64,000 nucleotides of DNA from Microthyrium microscopicum (Eukaryota), in NCBI GenBank assembly GCA_010405405.1, contig MU004234.1, positions 1,949,275 to 2,013,274 of the forward strand, given 5' to 3'. Positions 13,099-24,634 of this stretch are shown here, in pieces. Every line of letters starts with the position of its first letter. Position 1 is the stretch's first letter. The notes beneath the pieces are model-generated. The model searched no databases, was not told the DNA's origin, and was given only the letters and a program-made list of their open reading frames with translations. Made by a program: the position numbers and the translations under genes.

Positions 13099-13833
13099 TC
13101 AATCTTCGTCCAGAATCGCTTTCAGCTTCTCGTCTTCGCTCATTTTCAAGTACTTGTCGTTTTCGTCATTGTCGTCTTCTGGCTCCAAGGGATGCTTCAT
13201 TCCAGCAACGCGTCCCGCAACTCGATTTGCTAGGTTTCGAGTCTTTTCTAGCTCTTCAGCGAGAGGGCCTGTCTTTGCTGCCAAGTTTGGCTGAATGGTG
13301 TTCTTCGGGTTCTTGAGAAACTCTAATTCGGATTGCAATCGTCTGTACCGTTCCAGCTTTCGTTGTGCTTCCTTACGTCTTTGTGAAAGCAGTTTCAGTT
13401 CCTTGAACTGCTGCGAATACTCATCTCCGGTTGAGAAGTCTTCTGTAAGTTTGTCGATATTGCTAGACTTGGTGAGATCATCAGTCTTGCGTATTCTTCC
13501 AGCTTCCGCCTCCTCATTGAATCCACTTGGAGTAGCGGCTTCCCAGTAGAGAGTGTCGATCTGTTCGGCAACACTTCTGACTCCAGTCGGTAAGTAAACA
13601 GTGCTCATATGATTGTCGTGCACGCGATTCACTGCTCGCGTTAGCTAAATATGCTGAGATATTTCAATCAACTTACACTTGTTAATAATCACGTGCAGAA
13701 CCTTCTCAGGGATGTCTGATTGCTCCTCAAAGTCATCGGGAATTGTCAATTCTTCAGAAAGGTTGCGAATCTGATCATTGAGGAATTTTGTCTTTGTCGC
13801 GATGACGGTGCCGACGTTGTCGGGATTTGCCAT
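13099..13833 (-). CDS. fta4: Kinetochore Sim4 complex subunit Fta4-like protein
   Basis: Motifs TVIATKTKFLNDQIRNLS, VRSVAEQIDTLYW and IQPNLAAKTGPLAEEL, plus coiled coil. Intron 13632-13676. Confidence 0.75.
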
Positions 13834-13885
13834 CGTAAAAGAGTCAGTCAGACGAAAACGCTATGAAAATTTCTTGGTTGACGAA

Positions 13886-13915
13886 TGTTTTGGACAATTG
13901 TGTTTTGGACAATTG
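13886..13915. repeat. 15-bp perfect tandem duplication (TGTTTTGGACAATTG x2)
   Basis: Read directly; lies just upstream of the fta4 start. Confidence 0.9.
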
Positions 13916-14048
13916 CATTGATGTGTTGATGCATTGAGAGATGAGGACGCGATGACTTGGCGTAGGTGAAATGCAAGTCGCGCTCTGGTTGCGGTACAGG
14001 CACCTTCAAGTGCTAGGTATATGTACTTGTAACTTACGATTGTCCTTC

Positions 14049-14167
14049 ACGTACGGCCATAGGTCGAAGAATACAAGGCGTCCCGTCCGCTCCGCCCTAT
14101 TTAAGCTTCGAACCGGTAGATTAGTATTGCGGTGGGTGACCACGTGAGAATCCCTACTGCTGTACGT
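14049..14167 (+). rRNA. Dispersed 5S rRNA gene
   Basis: 119 nt. Terminal helix ACGTACGGC/GCTGTACGT, conserved TCCCGTCCGCTC, TTAAGC, TTAGTA and GGTGGGTGACCAC..GAATCC. T-rich terminator right after; TATA-like at about -30. Confidence 0.95.
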
Positions 14168-15612
14168 TTATTTTTTGCCTTTTGATGATGTTTTTTTTGC
14201 TTCATAACTTCATTCAATTGTTGTTGATGTTGTATTTTGGAGGTAGAGAATACCTGAAACGATCTGATCGGAAGGATTCGCTTTTTTGCTGGGATTGAAA
14301 TCCTTCTATATACAAGGGAGAGTACTATTACCCACAAAGTTGGGCTCATGTCTGCCAACCCTGTCGTTCATCCATTTACGGTACTGTACTTATGCTTCCA
14401 GGTACAGAGCAACAGGCTTGATTGGTCGCAATTCTCCATCAAATCAGCAATCCAGGCGCTGAACGCCACTCTTTTCCGGCTTGTGGGCCTTGTGGGCTCT
14501 GATTTCGTGTTTGCGGGCGGCGGCGCGAGCCTCCCGTGTCTTGCGCCAACTCCTTTCCCTCTGAAGATAACATTCGACGACTAAGTTATCAGAGCACCCT
14601 CTTCTGGTACTGAAACTATCACCTAGCCATCACTCTATCTCGATGTCCAATTTTGTTCCGTTCATATTGCAATTGTCGGTGCCGTGGCTGTCTAGACCCT
14701 GATGGCCATTGGATGAGCAAACCCCGAGTTACAGCACGTCGCGTGAGCGATACCTTACTATGTACCTATTCAAACAAACGGATAGTTTACATGCGCTTCT
14801 ACGCTCCTTTACCCTAAAGTCGAACGTTGGTTTCGTTATTCAGGTAGGTATGACCTTATCACTGGCTCTAAAAGGCTGTCATAGGCAAATAGTCTCAAAT
14901 TCCAGAAGCTCGATCACACAACTTACATAATGACCGCCTCAACCGACCACCAACCGCTTCATGGCCTTCAATAGGATTGAAGCGGCCTCAGCCCAGGCAG
15001 TCTCGAACTGTCATTGGTATGGGGTAGGAGCATGTTCGATGGCAGTATAAGCTTTCAGCCTCGTCGTCAGCTTGAAGACAAGACCACTATAATCTTGTCA
15101 TAAGCCTGGTCATTTTGTGACGCTAATAGGCTTTTTTGCTTGTTTCTATATGCGAAACTCCATGCAATACGGATCCTACATGCGGCCTCGTCGATATCGG
15201 CGATTGCCATCAGCCTGATCAGTTGAGCCGCAAATATGAGGGCGCAACTGGGCCGGCCAGTGGGAGCCAGCGCTTCCAGGTCGCATTTCAATCGAGCAAT
15301 AGTGTCCTGCAGCCTCTTCTGAAAGTTACCGAGAATCATAAAAGAGGCAACGAAATCGAACCACCGGCCACTTTTCTCCCCCTCTCTGGGCGCGAACAAG
15401 CCCAGCTGGTTGGTCACCACACCTTCAGTAGGCTTTCCGAGATGGACAGCCAGAAATGGGCCTCCAGCCTCACAATTATGGTCGCGTTCCTATTTTGCGT
15501 CATTAAAGCAGATCTTCGCTATTGAAAGGAACGCAAGATCATACTCTACTTCTTCTTCAAAGCTTTGAACGTTTCACTCCATATCACATATTGCAAGCTG
15601 GTCTCCGTTGCC

Positions 15613-18600
15613 ATGACTTCGCAAACCGTACGCGACAGATTGTCCGAGGTTGCCAAGAGGCACACATCTCTTCAAAAAGTATTGGCCGCGCTTGGGCGAT
15701 CAACCTCGCGACAGCCTGACCAATCCGATTTCAACACTACGAGGTCTGTCACCAATGATTTCAGCGCCCAAGCACAGCATGAAGGTCAGGTCGGACAGAC
15801 GGGTGCTAATGGCAAACCAAACTGGATAATCGAACACGGCGACGTGGAAGCCCAGGACGCTCAGCCTCACGAGGAACGCCCTGCTTTGCCAACTACTACC
15901 CAAAACAACGCACCAACTGAGGGAGTGGAGGGTCTTCCTATAACAACAGTACCCCAACGACAGAACACGAACTCAATACGCTCAGAGTATGACAAGCTAA
16001 AGGACGAAGTGAACCTGAAGATGGATGAAAACTTGATTGGATTGGATGGAAAGCAACATTACTTACCTGAACCTGATGCCGACTCTTTTGTTTTCGATAA
16101 GAGGATCAAGGCAGCATTGCCTGATGCTACAGAAGCGCTAGTTCAATTCATTGTTGAACAGGCGCCAAAGACTTTCTTGATTACGCTACTTTCAGTGGAA
16201 AACGCAGAAAAGGCACTACTAGCCATGCAGGCGTTTCAAAACCACAGTTTCACCGACAAATATCTTCCAGTTGCATACCTGACCACGACGGACACGACCA
16301 CACCTCTCAAGCCTACTCAGATATGCAGTCATGATTGGGAGAGCGAGGAGGATCACTGTCACCACTGCCACCCGGGCAGTGATGCTGTGTATTATGGGCA
16401 CCAATGTCAATACAAAGAGCCACTCTCCGCATTCCATCATGTTTGTTGGGGTCGTAGCCGCTTTAAGGATTTCTATACCAAGCAGTGGTCTTTCTGTTTC
16501 CAAAAGTTTGACACAGAAGTGTTCCAGTACGACCCAATCGAAGATAAGCGTGTAATTCCAGTCTTTATTGCCAAGGAAGCCAGTGGGAAAATGGGCAACT
16601 TCAGCGATGTGCAAGCGGCTTGGATGCTCAAGGATTACTTGATATTGAAAGATGAATTCATGAACCAAGGAAGTGAAGATACAACTCCATTAATACCCGA
16701 CATAGCTCCGGGACAGAAAACGCTGAGTGTGGCGATCAAGACCTTGAAGAATTTGCCTGAAAAAGACTACAACATTAGGCAGGAATGGAGGAGAGAATCA
16801 CAGGCGCACAAAGATCTAAACGAGCTTCGCAACGAACATATTATCAAGGGATTTGCGGCATTTGCGCAAGATGGAAAGTACCACTTACTTCTAGAGTGGG
16901 CGGACGGGGGCAGTCTTCAAGATTTCTGGAAAAGTAATCCCACACCGCAAATCAGTACATCTCATATGAAAGAGCTGCTCACTCAACTACTTGGTCTCGC
17001 GGATGCACTTCACTGCATGCACACCACGAAGCGTGCCAGATCACCTGGTGGCGGTCGCAGTCGTCGTGGCTCTTCAGTAAGCCATAAAAGTGCCAAAGAT
17101 TACCAACCTGGCGCAATGGACGGCAAAGACGCGCCAAGAGGACGTCCTTTTCCGACTGTACTCGTTGAGAGCCCCCCGGAAGAGGAGCACGGCATTCAGA
17201 TAAACATTGAAGGAGAAAACGGCAACCGGATTGCGCATAAGGAAAACTCGGGCTTCGAAAACTGGCGACATGGTGATATCAAGCCAGATAATATACTCCT
17301 TTTCAAGGACGATGCAAAATGGCTGGGTACTTTGAAATTGGCGGATCTGGGAAGAGCCAAGCTTCATAAGGAAGTCACCAGTAAGAGAAAATTTATTGAG
17401 ATTGACAAATGGCATACACAGAAGTATGAGCCGCCCGACGTTTTCATCGGTCAAGGCGATCACTCAATGTCACGACTTTACGACATATGGTCTCTGGGAT
17501 GCGTCTTCCTTGAGGCTCTTGTGTGGGTGCTCTATGGCGAGACAGAGCTGCATAAGTTTATTGCCACAACGGAGATCGCAGCCGCTCAAGGAACACCCTT
17601 CTGGACACGAAGAGGGCGGGCAGGTGCCAAAGTCAGTGAAATTGCAACTATGTGGATGGGGCACATTCTCGAGCTGGATCCTGAATGTTCAGGCGGCAAG
17701 CGAACTGCAATCAGTGAGCTTTTGACGCTAATCAAAGACAAGATGCTTGTTGTGAAGTTGCCAACAAATACTGACCAGCCAGCGAAGGGCGATCGAATCA
17801 ATGCCCAAATGCTGGAGGCTGAGCTCCAGAGAATTCTTGAACGGGGAGAACAAGATGAAACCTATCTATGTACGTGTCAGCTGCTTCGAGACAAAAGAAC
17901 TTCCGAGCACCTCTACAGGCCAAGCGATAGCTCGGAAACATCACTGCACATCTTATAATTGATCGTAGCCAAGACTAATTTTGACATAGGGACGAAAGCG
18001 GACCGAGCAAATGTCAGGCTTCCACCCTTTGGCACAGCAGCAATAGAATCGTTGGAGCAGACACCTCTGCATGCGAGTGACGGAGCTCGCCCAGCATTCT
18101 TAGAGATCCCGGGTAATGTCAGAAACCCATCTGCCACGACGGTACGGCGCAACAATACATACAGTCATAATATGAACAGTAGATGGGACCTCATTGTGGA
18201 TGATATTTTCTCAGAAGAGACACTAAAATTGGTCTTGAAGGATTCTCATGATCATTCTGAATACTTTGACGTTCAGAGCCAGATTTGCGACGTTTGCTCC
18301 AGTTTAGATCTAAGTCAGCCAGAAGCATATCCTACGCGCACAGTATCAAACCTCGAGCTTGGTTCCGAGGATGGGTGCGAGCTGTGTGGCATGATACTTA
18401 GGAAAGCAAAAGCTGCGGGACTTGGAGCTGATGATCCAGTTACCCTGATGCAAGGAGCGGGAAGAATCAATCTCAACGGGCGAGAATCGGCTGCTCTACG
18501 TGTCTGCTGCTATTATGGTAAGTTCACCCGCGGTTTATCAACTGCTACTACCAGAATACAAACTAACAGCAAAGTTAGATACATCATTTGAAGGCCCCCA

Positions 18601-20262
18601 GCCGGACATCAAATACCCACTCGGTTTGCCCAGGATTCCAGAAGCAGGGGACCAAACTCATGTGGAGATTCTGAAGGCCTGGCTCAAAGACTGCGACCAG
18701 GAGCATACATGTGTACCGCCAGCTAAAAGCTACTGCCCTCGAAGACTGATTTCTGTTGGCAAAGGCGGCGTCTCACCAAGCTGTAAGGTTGTGGAAACCA
18801 AGGACCTTACGCCTCAGGAAAGAATTGATCTCAAATATATCGCTCTCTCCCATCCATGGGGCACGTCCATTGATAATAACAGAAAGCGACAGCACTTCAA
18901 AGCAACGAAAGCGAAGCTTCCTCAGCTAAGAAAGAAAATCAAGGATTCTGATCTGCCCGCGAATTTCCGTCACGCTTTAACCGTCACTAGGTTTCTGGAG
19001 ATTAAGTATCTCTGGGTCGATTCTATTTGCGTTTTACAGAAAGAAGGCGACAATAAAAGTGACGACCAAGGCGACTTTTATGAGGAAGCACCATTTATGC
19101 AAGACATCTACAGTTCTGCTTATTGCGTGCTCGCCGCAAGCAGCGCACATGGCATGTGGACTGGCTTCCTAAACGAGCGTGAAGAGCGCTCAGTTGTTCG
19201 ACTTCCTGTGGACAAATACGACCCGGAAGCAAATTCTCACTACTACATATCGGAAACTGTAGATGACTTCGAGCGCGATGTCATTGAAAGCCCGTTGAGT
19301 CAACGTGGATGGGTACTACAGGAACGTGCCTTGGCCCGTCGAACTATTTATTTTACGAATAACCAGACGTATTTCGAGTGTGGACATGGCATCAGGTGTG
19401 AAACGCTAAGCAAACTGAAAAGGTAAGGACGCCCTTATTACTGGAGCTTTTTGACTAAACTTACGATAGCACGGAGGCTGCATTTCTAGGGGATTGCGAC
19501 TTTCCCACATACGCTGCAGAAGGCAACATTGGGGCTAAACTATATCTGTTTACGCGCCTCTATCAGGACTACTCCCGCCTTTCGTTCAGTGAATATACGG
19601 ACAGGCCTGTTGCGATCTCTGGTCTAGAACAGAGACTCACCAAAGCCTTTGCGAGGAATCACGGAAACGGAGGGAGTGGTGCCGGCATTTTCGAGCATCG
19701 AAGCCACCGTTGGCTTCTCTGGATCAGAGCTGCAGATGAAGATGTCAGCACACTCGAACGCGTCGTTTTCGATCCGGCGAACTTTAGCAGTGCTGGTGCT
19801 GTAACTGGCCAAGGACCCAGAATGCATGCCCCGCCGTCCTGGTCTTGGATGGCTTACAAAGGCGCCGTGTCTTTCTTAGAGCCTCCAAAAGGTAGTGTCA
19901 GGTGGAACAAAGCGTTACAAATCAACCTCACTGGAACTGAGACGACGTCCTGGCTACATGCCGCCGACAGTTTGTGGATCAAAGCCCCAGTTCTTGAGCT
20001 CGTAGAGGATGCTAGTCAGCTCTTCGACAAGATGAATCTTACGTATGACATTCCGGATGAAGCAAAACAGCGCACGAAGAAGGTCGTGGTCATAGGAACA
20101 TTAGGAAGGCAGGACGACCCGATAGCTACTCAATATGTGCTTGTCATAAGTCCCAAGGAGCACTCTGACACTGGAGTCTACGAGCGTATTGGTGCTGGGT
20201 ACATGCCCAACAAGTTTTTGAAAAGTGGTAGCACGCAGCAGGAGATGATTTTGATTCACTAA
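15613..20262 (+). CDS. Protein kinase - HET domain fusion protein (about 1470 aa, 4 exons)
   Basis: Kinase motifs VAIK, HGDIKPDN, DLG, DIWSLG. HET motifs YIALSHPWG, YLWVDSICVLQ, MQDIYSSA, RGWVLQER and C-terminal PSWSW. Introns 17870-17989, 18518-18578 and 19423-19469 join all pieces in frame. Confidence 0.88.
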
Positions 20263-21059
20263 ACTTAAAGACCATTTCGCATAGTAATATAGGATAGCGA
20301 AGGCAGACATTCCCAGCTGTCATGTAGAACAGAGTAGAGTATCTATCAAGTATCTAATCAGCGTAGAGACGGCCTTTCCATTCAAATGTTAATACCGGTA
20401 GAAGTGACCCTTTACTGTACCTCCTTTGCTTATACTCGATAACATCTTCGACAACTTGATTGTGGGGTCAATTTTTGCCCACGTCCTAACTGGTATTTGA
20501 GAGATAAAATGACCAGTGATGAAGGCCAACATTAGACGATACTTTCTTGCGCCAATAATTCGGTGGCTGGCAATCTTCCTAACAGGTATCGTGTTGGACT
20601 TCCGAGGAAGTATTCAATAAGCGCCAAGGGCTCTCGACCACCACATCTCAGACCGCAGCCTCACAGGATATCTAGGTCTGGACCGATTTGGTATCCGTCT
20701 TGACTGCATCAAGCAGAGCTTGTACGAAGCAGCGGATCCATATTGAAAAGGGCTAGAGAAGTCGCCATGGTCTCAACTTGGAAGAGGACTAGTTGCAGCC
20801 TAAGCTTTCAGCCTTATGGCAAGGCTGAGATAAGACTTTTCCAAGACTTCTCAGGGACAGAATGAATGCAGCCCCTAGCCAGGCTTCAAATCATAAATTT
20901 TCGTTTCCATGTTCCTGATTATGTAGCATGCCCACTTGCCCAGCTGTCCGAGTGTGGATTCTTTCCAAGATACAACAGCAAATGAAATGAAGCATCATGG
21001 AGTTGTCAAGAATATTCGAGACTACATTCTCGTACATATGGCTCTTATGCCTCTTTTAC

Positions 21060-22857
21060 TCAAAGATAATACATGAAATCGGGATGCTCTTCGTTGATTT
21101 CTTCAACACCTAGAGCTCTCTTCTCTTTCGCCTCCTGAGATCCTTGAGTGGCCAGTTTCTTCGCATTCTTCCACATCAGTACTCGAATTTGAATACCAGA
21201 AGCAATCACCCCAAACACCATCATCCCAAGAACAAAGCCATGGCCCGCGTAGTAATGTGGTGGACCGTTGTAAGCTTTTTGACTTGCGATCGCAAAAACC
21301 TGTCCGATCATTGATGTTAAAGCGTACAAACTGGCTCTGTTCCTGATTAGCACGTGTACACCCACCAGTGCCTGTCCATACCTTTTGGTATATCCTAGGA
21401 TATTGCTGGCAAACCATACTTGATAGAGGACCGTGGTCGGGAATGTGCCGATACCAACGAGAAAGACAGCCGTCAGCCCTGCCCCTTTAGATGGTGCGGT
21501 AAGAAGCACTATATAGCCAACTGAAGCAATTGTAAAACAGAGCATTATGAGCCAGCCGCGCTGCTTCAAGCGGTCCGACAGCAAGCAGCAGCCAATAGTC
21601 ATGACACCTGTAGCGACCCATACTGGAATAGTAAGAAGATTCGTGCTCAGGGTTGAATAGCCGAATTGCTTTACAATCACAGGCAAAAAGGTACTGAACG
21701 CACCTATCGAAGCATTCGTGGCACAGGCTATGACAACATATCTGATTTTGCTGGTTAGGTCTCGTCTTGATCTAAATCATCGGTGGTCAACTCACATCCA
21801 ACAGGAAGGATCTTTCAGTACTTTCCAGATGTGTCCAGGCCGCACTTTGGCATCACCAACTACGTTGAACGCTTCGTTGTATCTTCGAACCGCCATTTCA
21901 CGTTCCGCGACACTGAACCCTTTCCTGAACTTGTCAGGAGATGCTGGAAGACAAAAGTGGATAATTGGAGCAAAAGCTACCGCCATCAGACCTAAATTAA
22001 GTTAATAGTCATGAAATGTGTTGAGGACTTTTTGAATATAATAACTTACCTTCGATCAAGAAGACCCATCTCCACGCTAACCAGCCGCGGACATTGTTAA
22101 GATTCTTGACGATGCCATAGCCAAGTATGCCATTAAAACTTCCAGAGAGTGCAGTGACAGCATAGTAGATTGAGCCTCGCGTGGCCAACTCATCTCTTCG
22201 GTAGAGAAAGGTCAAGTACAGAGTTGCCACGCTGTTAAAAGCTTCCCCGGCGCCAATAAGGACTCTAAATCCAGCAAGAGTTTCCCAATTCTTTGCTGTG
22301 CACATTCTAGTTATGATTAGCTCAAGTCCATATCGCCATATAAGAGGACTGACACTGTAGTGAAGGTTCCCCAAACAACCAATGCCAGAGAGATTTGTGT
22401 ACCCGCTGTTATCCTCTTTAGGAAAAGACTGGCAGGAAATTGTAGGAGCAAATGCCCGACATAGAAAACTGCCGAGATTGTGCTAAGCTGATCAGCAGTT
22501 ATATTGAGCTCTTCTTTCAATCCCGCGTTGTATGCATAACCGATGTCTCCCTTGTCCTAGCAAACTGTTAGTATCATATTTTTTGATTGAGACTTTTGAA
22601 AGGAAGAAGGAGAGCGTGAAGAGATAGCTTGTACTAACAAGGGAGGCTAAAAATGTGGTCATGCTCAACAGAGGCAAGATCATGAAGTCGATTTTCCTGA
22701 CCAATTTCTTTTCAACCTGTCTTTGCTCTGGCGTACGAGTTGTTTCAAAGTGCTTGAGAAAGCCATTGGAACTATCGTTGTTTTCGGATTGTACAGGAAA
22801 TAGTTCAATATCTTCCAAGTCATGCACAGATGTGATAGTGTCTGTAGAACCAGTCAT
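21060..22857 (-). CDS. MFS transporter, anion:cation symporter (Dal5/Tna1-like) family
   Basis: EKKLVRKIDFMILPLL, DKGDIGYA, YRRDELATR, GWLAWRWVFLIEG, C-terminal HPDFMYYL; several introns. Confidence 0.9.
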
Positions 22858-24491
22858 ATTTGCATAAAGAAATTTGACCTAAAAAAACAACAAAAACTTG
22901 ATCTATCTCCAATAAGATATGGCTGCTTTATGTAACACAATGCGGAAAACTATATATCAATTGACTAGGGGTTGATTTACTCAACAACCTCTTTTCTCTC
23001 TCAGTTGCGTCACTGTACCATTTGGCGCCAGTCAAGGTACTCCGCGATCTAACATGTATGTAAGCATTAAAGCTAAGCCCCTGAAGCGCTGTCACTGGCC
23101 TGATAGATGAACATCAAGAGATGCTTGGGCTTACATGGCCACGTACTTCTGAGAAACACGACTCGGGGGATCAATTAGGCAACCGCGAAAAGTTGAACGG
23201 AGGCTGAACAATCGAGGCACGTTCTAAGTAACCTGTACTCGGCGTAATTCTTAGAATGTAACCAAGACGCGAGAATTGAGTGGTGATATTGAAGCTTATA
23301 GAGCGTCAAGAAACAATAATGAAGTACTATTTACTACTAATTGGGCGCATTACTGGGTTATAATTGCCTCTTATTTGTCACAGCCATAGAAAATTGACAT
23401 TGAAAGAAATTTCAAAGTTTTCTTGCAATTCCCATTGTCGGTTTTGACTAGTACAGAAGAACATGTTGATAAAGTTCGGTCTACGCACTCAACCAGCATT
23501 ATTCTACATGATGTATGTCTTGAATTACTACATATTAGACGGAATAATGGGCATTGTCAAAGGGAGACTGGCATGACAAGTGAAGTTTTCTGTCACTAGC
23601 AAGTGTCTGAGCTTAATTCGCATTTTGCTGATCTTATTGTTTGAATGAATGGACAAGAGATTGAGAATCCGGTCTGTGAAATAATGTGTAAATGGCTAGA
23701 TCGGTGAGGCTCGTAGCGGCTTAACTACTTCGGGTGGGGATCGATTCAAGGTATATTCTTGGGACCTCTTTTCCATCCCTAGCATTAAATATCTGACGCG
23801 TAATGGTGTTTTTTTGGTCTGGTTGATGAAACAAGGAGGAATGTATTGTGCATTTAGGCAACAGCCTATCTGCGTCCTCAAAATTGATTGTAGAGTTACC
23901 AGCAACGTGAAAGCCTGATTATGAGATATGGGAAAGTAGTATCGAGAATGCTTTATCTGATTTTACTTAGGTGTCCAGGTATAGACGGTCTACAAGTAGT
24001 CTCATTTTCTACTCAGATCTCTAAACATTCGAATAAATTACCCCTTGAAATTGGATATCGATCCTCTCATGACAAACTGAGGCACAAACCGCCCACAAAA
24101 GGCGTAAATACACTACTAGTACCTTATTCTTTAAGTCGGTAGGTATCCCTTATATGTCTGAAATAAGGTCCCTAACGTAAACAGGTCAAATTCTTCTCCT
24201 ATTCTCGGGGAGAAGTATGGCGTCCGTAGATAAATAGGTAAAGTTGTTACAAATAATGTAGTGAGTGCTACATACACAGTAATACTTTATATTGAAAAGA
24301 GGCTCGTAGACTTCCAATTGATAATAGTTGGAGTAGAAAGAGAATAATACAGGAAAGATAGTTTGATAGGGTGGGTAAATAGTGTATATAATATAAACAA
24401 AAACAGCAAAATTTTGGTTCATATTGTTCGTTGAAAGTACACTTTAAACGTCAGCTTTCTTGGTCTAGTCGGTTATGACGTCGGTCTCATA

Positions 24492-24520
24492 TAACCACAT
24501 GATTGCGTTTAACGCAAGCT
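24492..24520 (+). other. Canonical tRNA (TSEN-type) intron at position 37/38, 29 nt
   Basis: Starts one base 3' of anticodon CAT. Contains ATGA complementary to the anticodon loop and the inverted repeat TTGCGTT-T-AACGCAA. Confidence 0.85.
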
Positions 24521-24551
24521 ATCCGAAGGTCGCCAGTTCGATTCTGGCAGA

Positions 24552-24603
24552 GTAAGTTCTATCAAACAACTGATTTGAGTGCTTTATCTAACGATTTCAC
24601 TAG
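24552..24603 (+). other. Spliceosomal-type (U2) intron inside the tRNA-Met acceptor stem, 52 nt
   Basis: GTAAGT donor at 24552, CTAAC branch at 24588-24592, TAG acceptor at 24601-24603. Removal gives AGAGAGC-A, which pairs fully with GCTTTCT. Confidence 0.85.
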
Positions 24604-24625
24604 GAGCATATATCAAAGCAATTTG

Positions 24626-24634
24626 TTTTTTTTT
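24626..24634 (+). terminator. RNA polymerase III terminator (T9) of the tRNA-Met gene
   Basis: First run of four or more T downstream of the tRNA start, 17 nt after discriminator A73 (24608). Confidence 0.8.

Larger units (their letters stand above)
24454..24608 (+). tRNA. tRNA-Met(CAT), elongator type, with a canonical 37/38 intron and a spliceosomal-type intron in the acceptor stem
   Basis: Predicted mature: GCTTTCT TG GTCT AGTCGGTTA TGAC G TCGGT CTCATAA TCCGA AGGTC GCCAG TTCGATT CTGGC AGA|GAGC A. A-box and B-box intact, U31-U39 pair typical of eukaryotic elongator Met, G1-C72 and T54 (not initiator). Confidence 0.9.

Noticed and set aside
15067..15525. Overlapping 117-aa and 129-aa ORFs upstream of the kinase-HET gene
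   Set aside because: Non-ATG starts and no motifs; likely promoter or UTR sequence.
24454..24556. Reading the tRNA-Met as a simply truncated pseudogene
   Set aside because: The missing GAGCA end lies exactly after a TAG acceptor and before the T9 terminator, and all other arms and promoter boxes are intact. Not fully excluded without RNA data.
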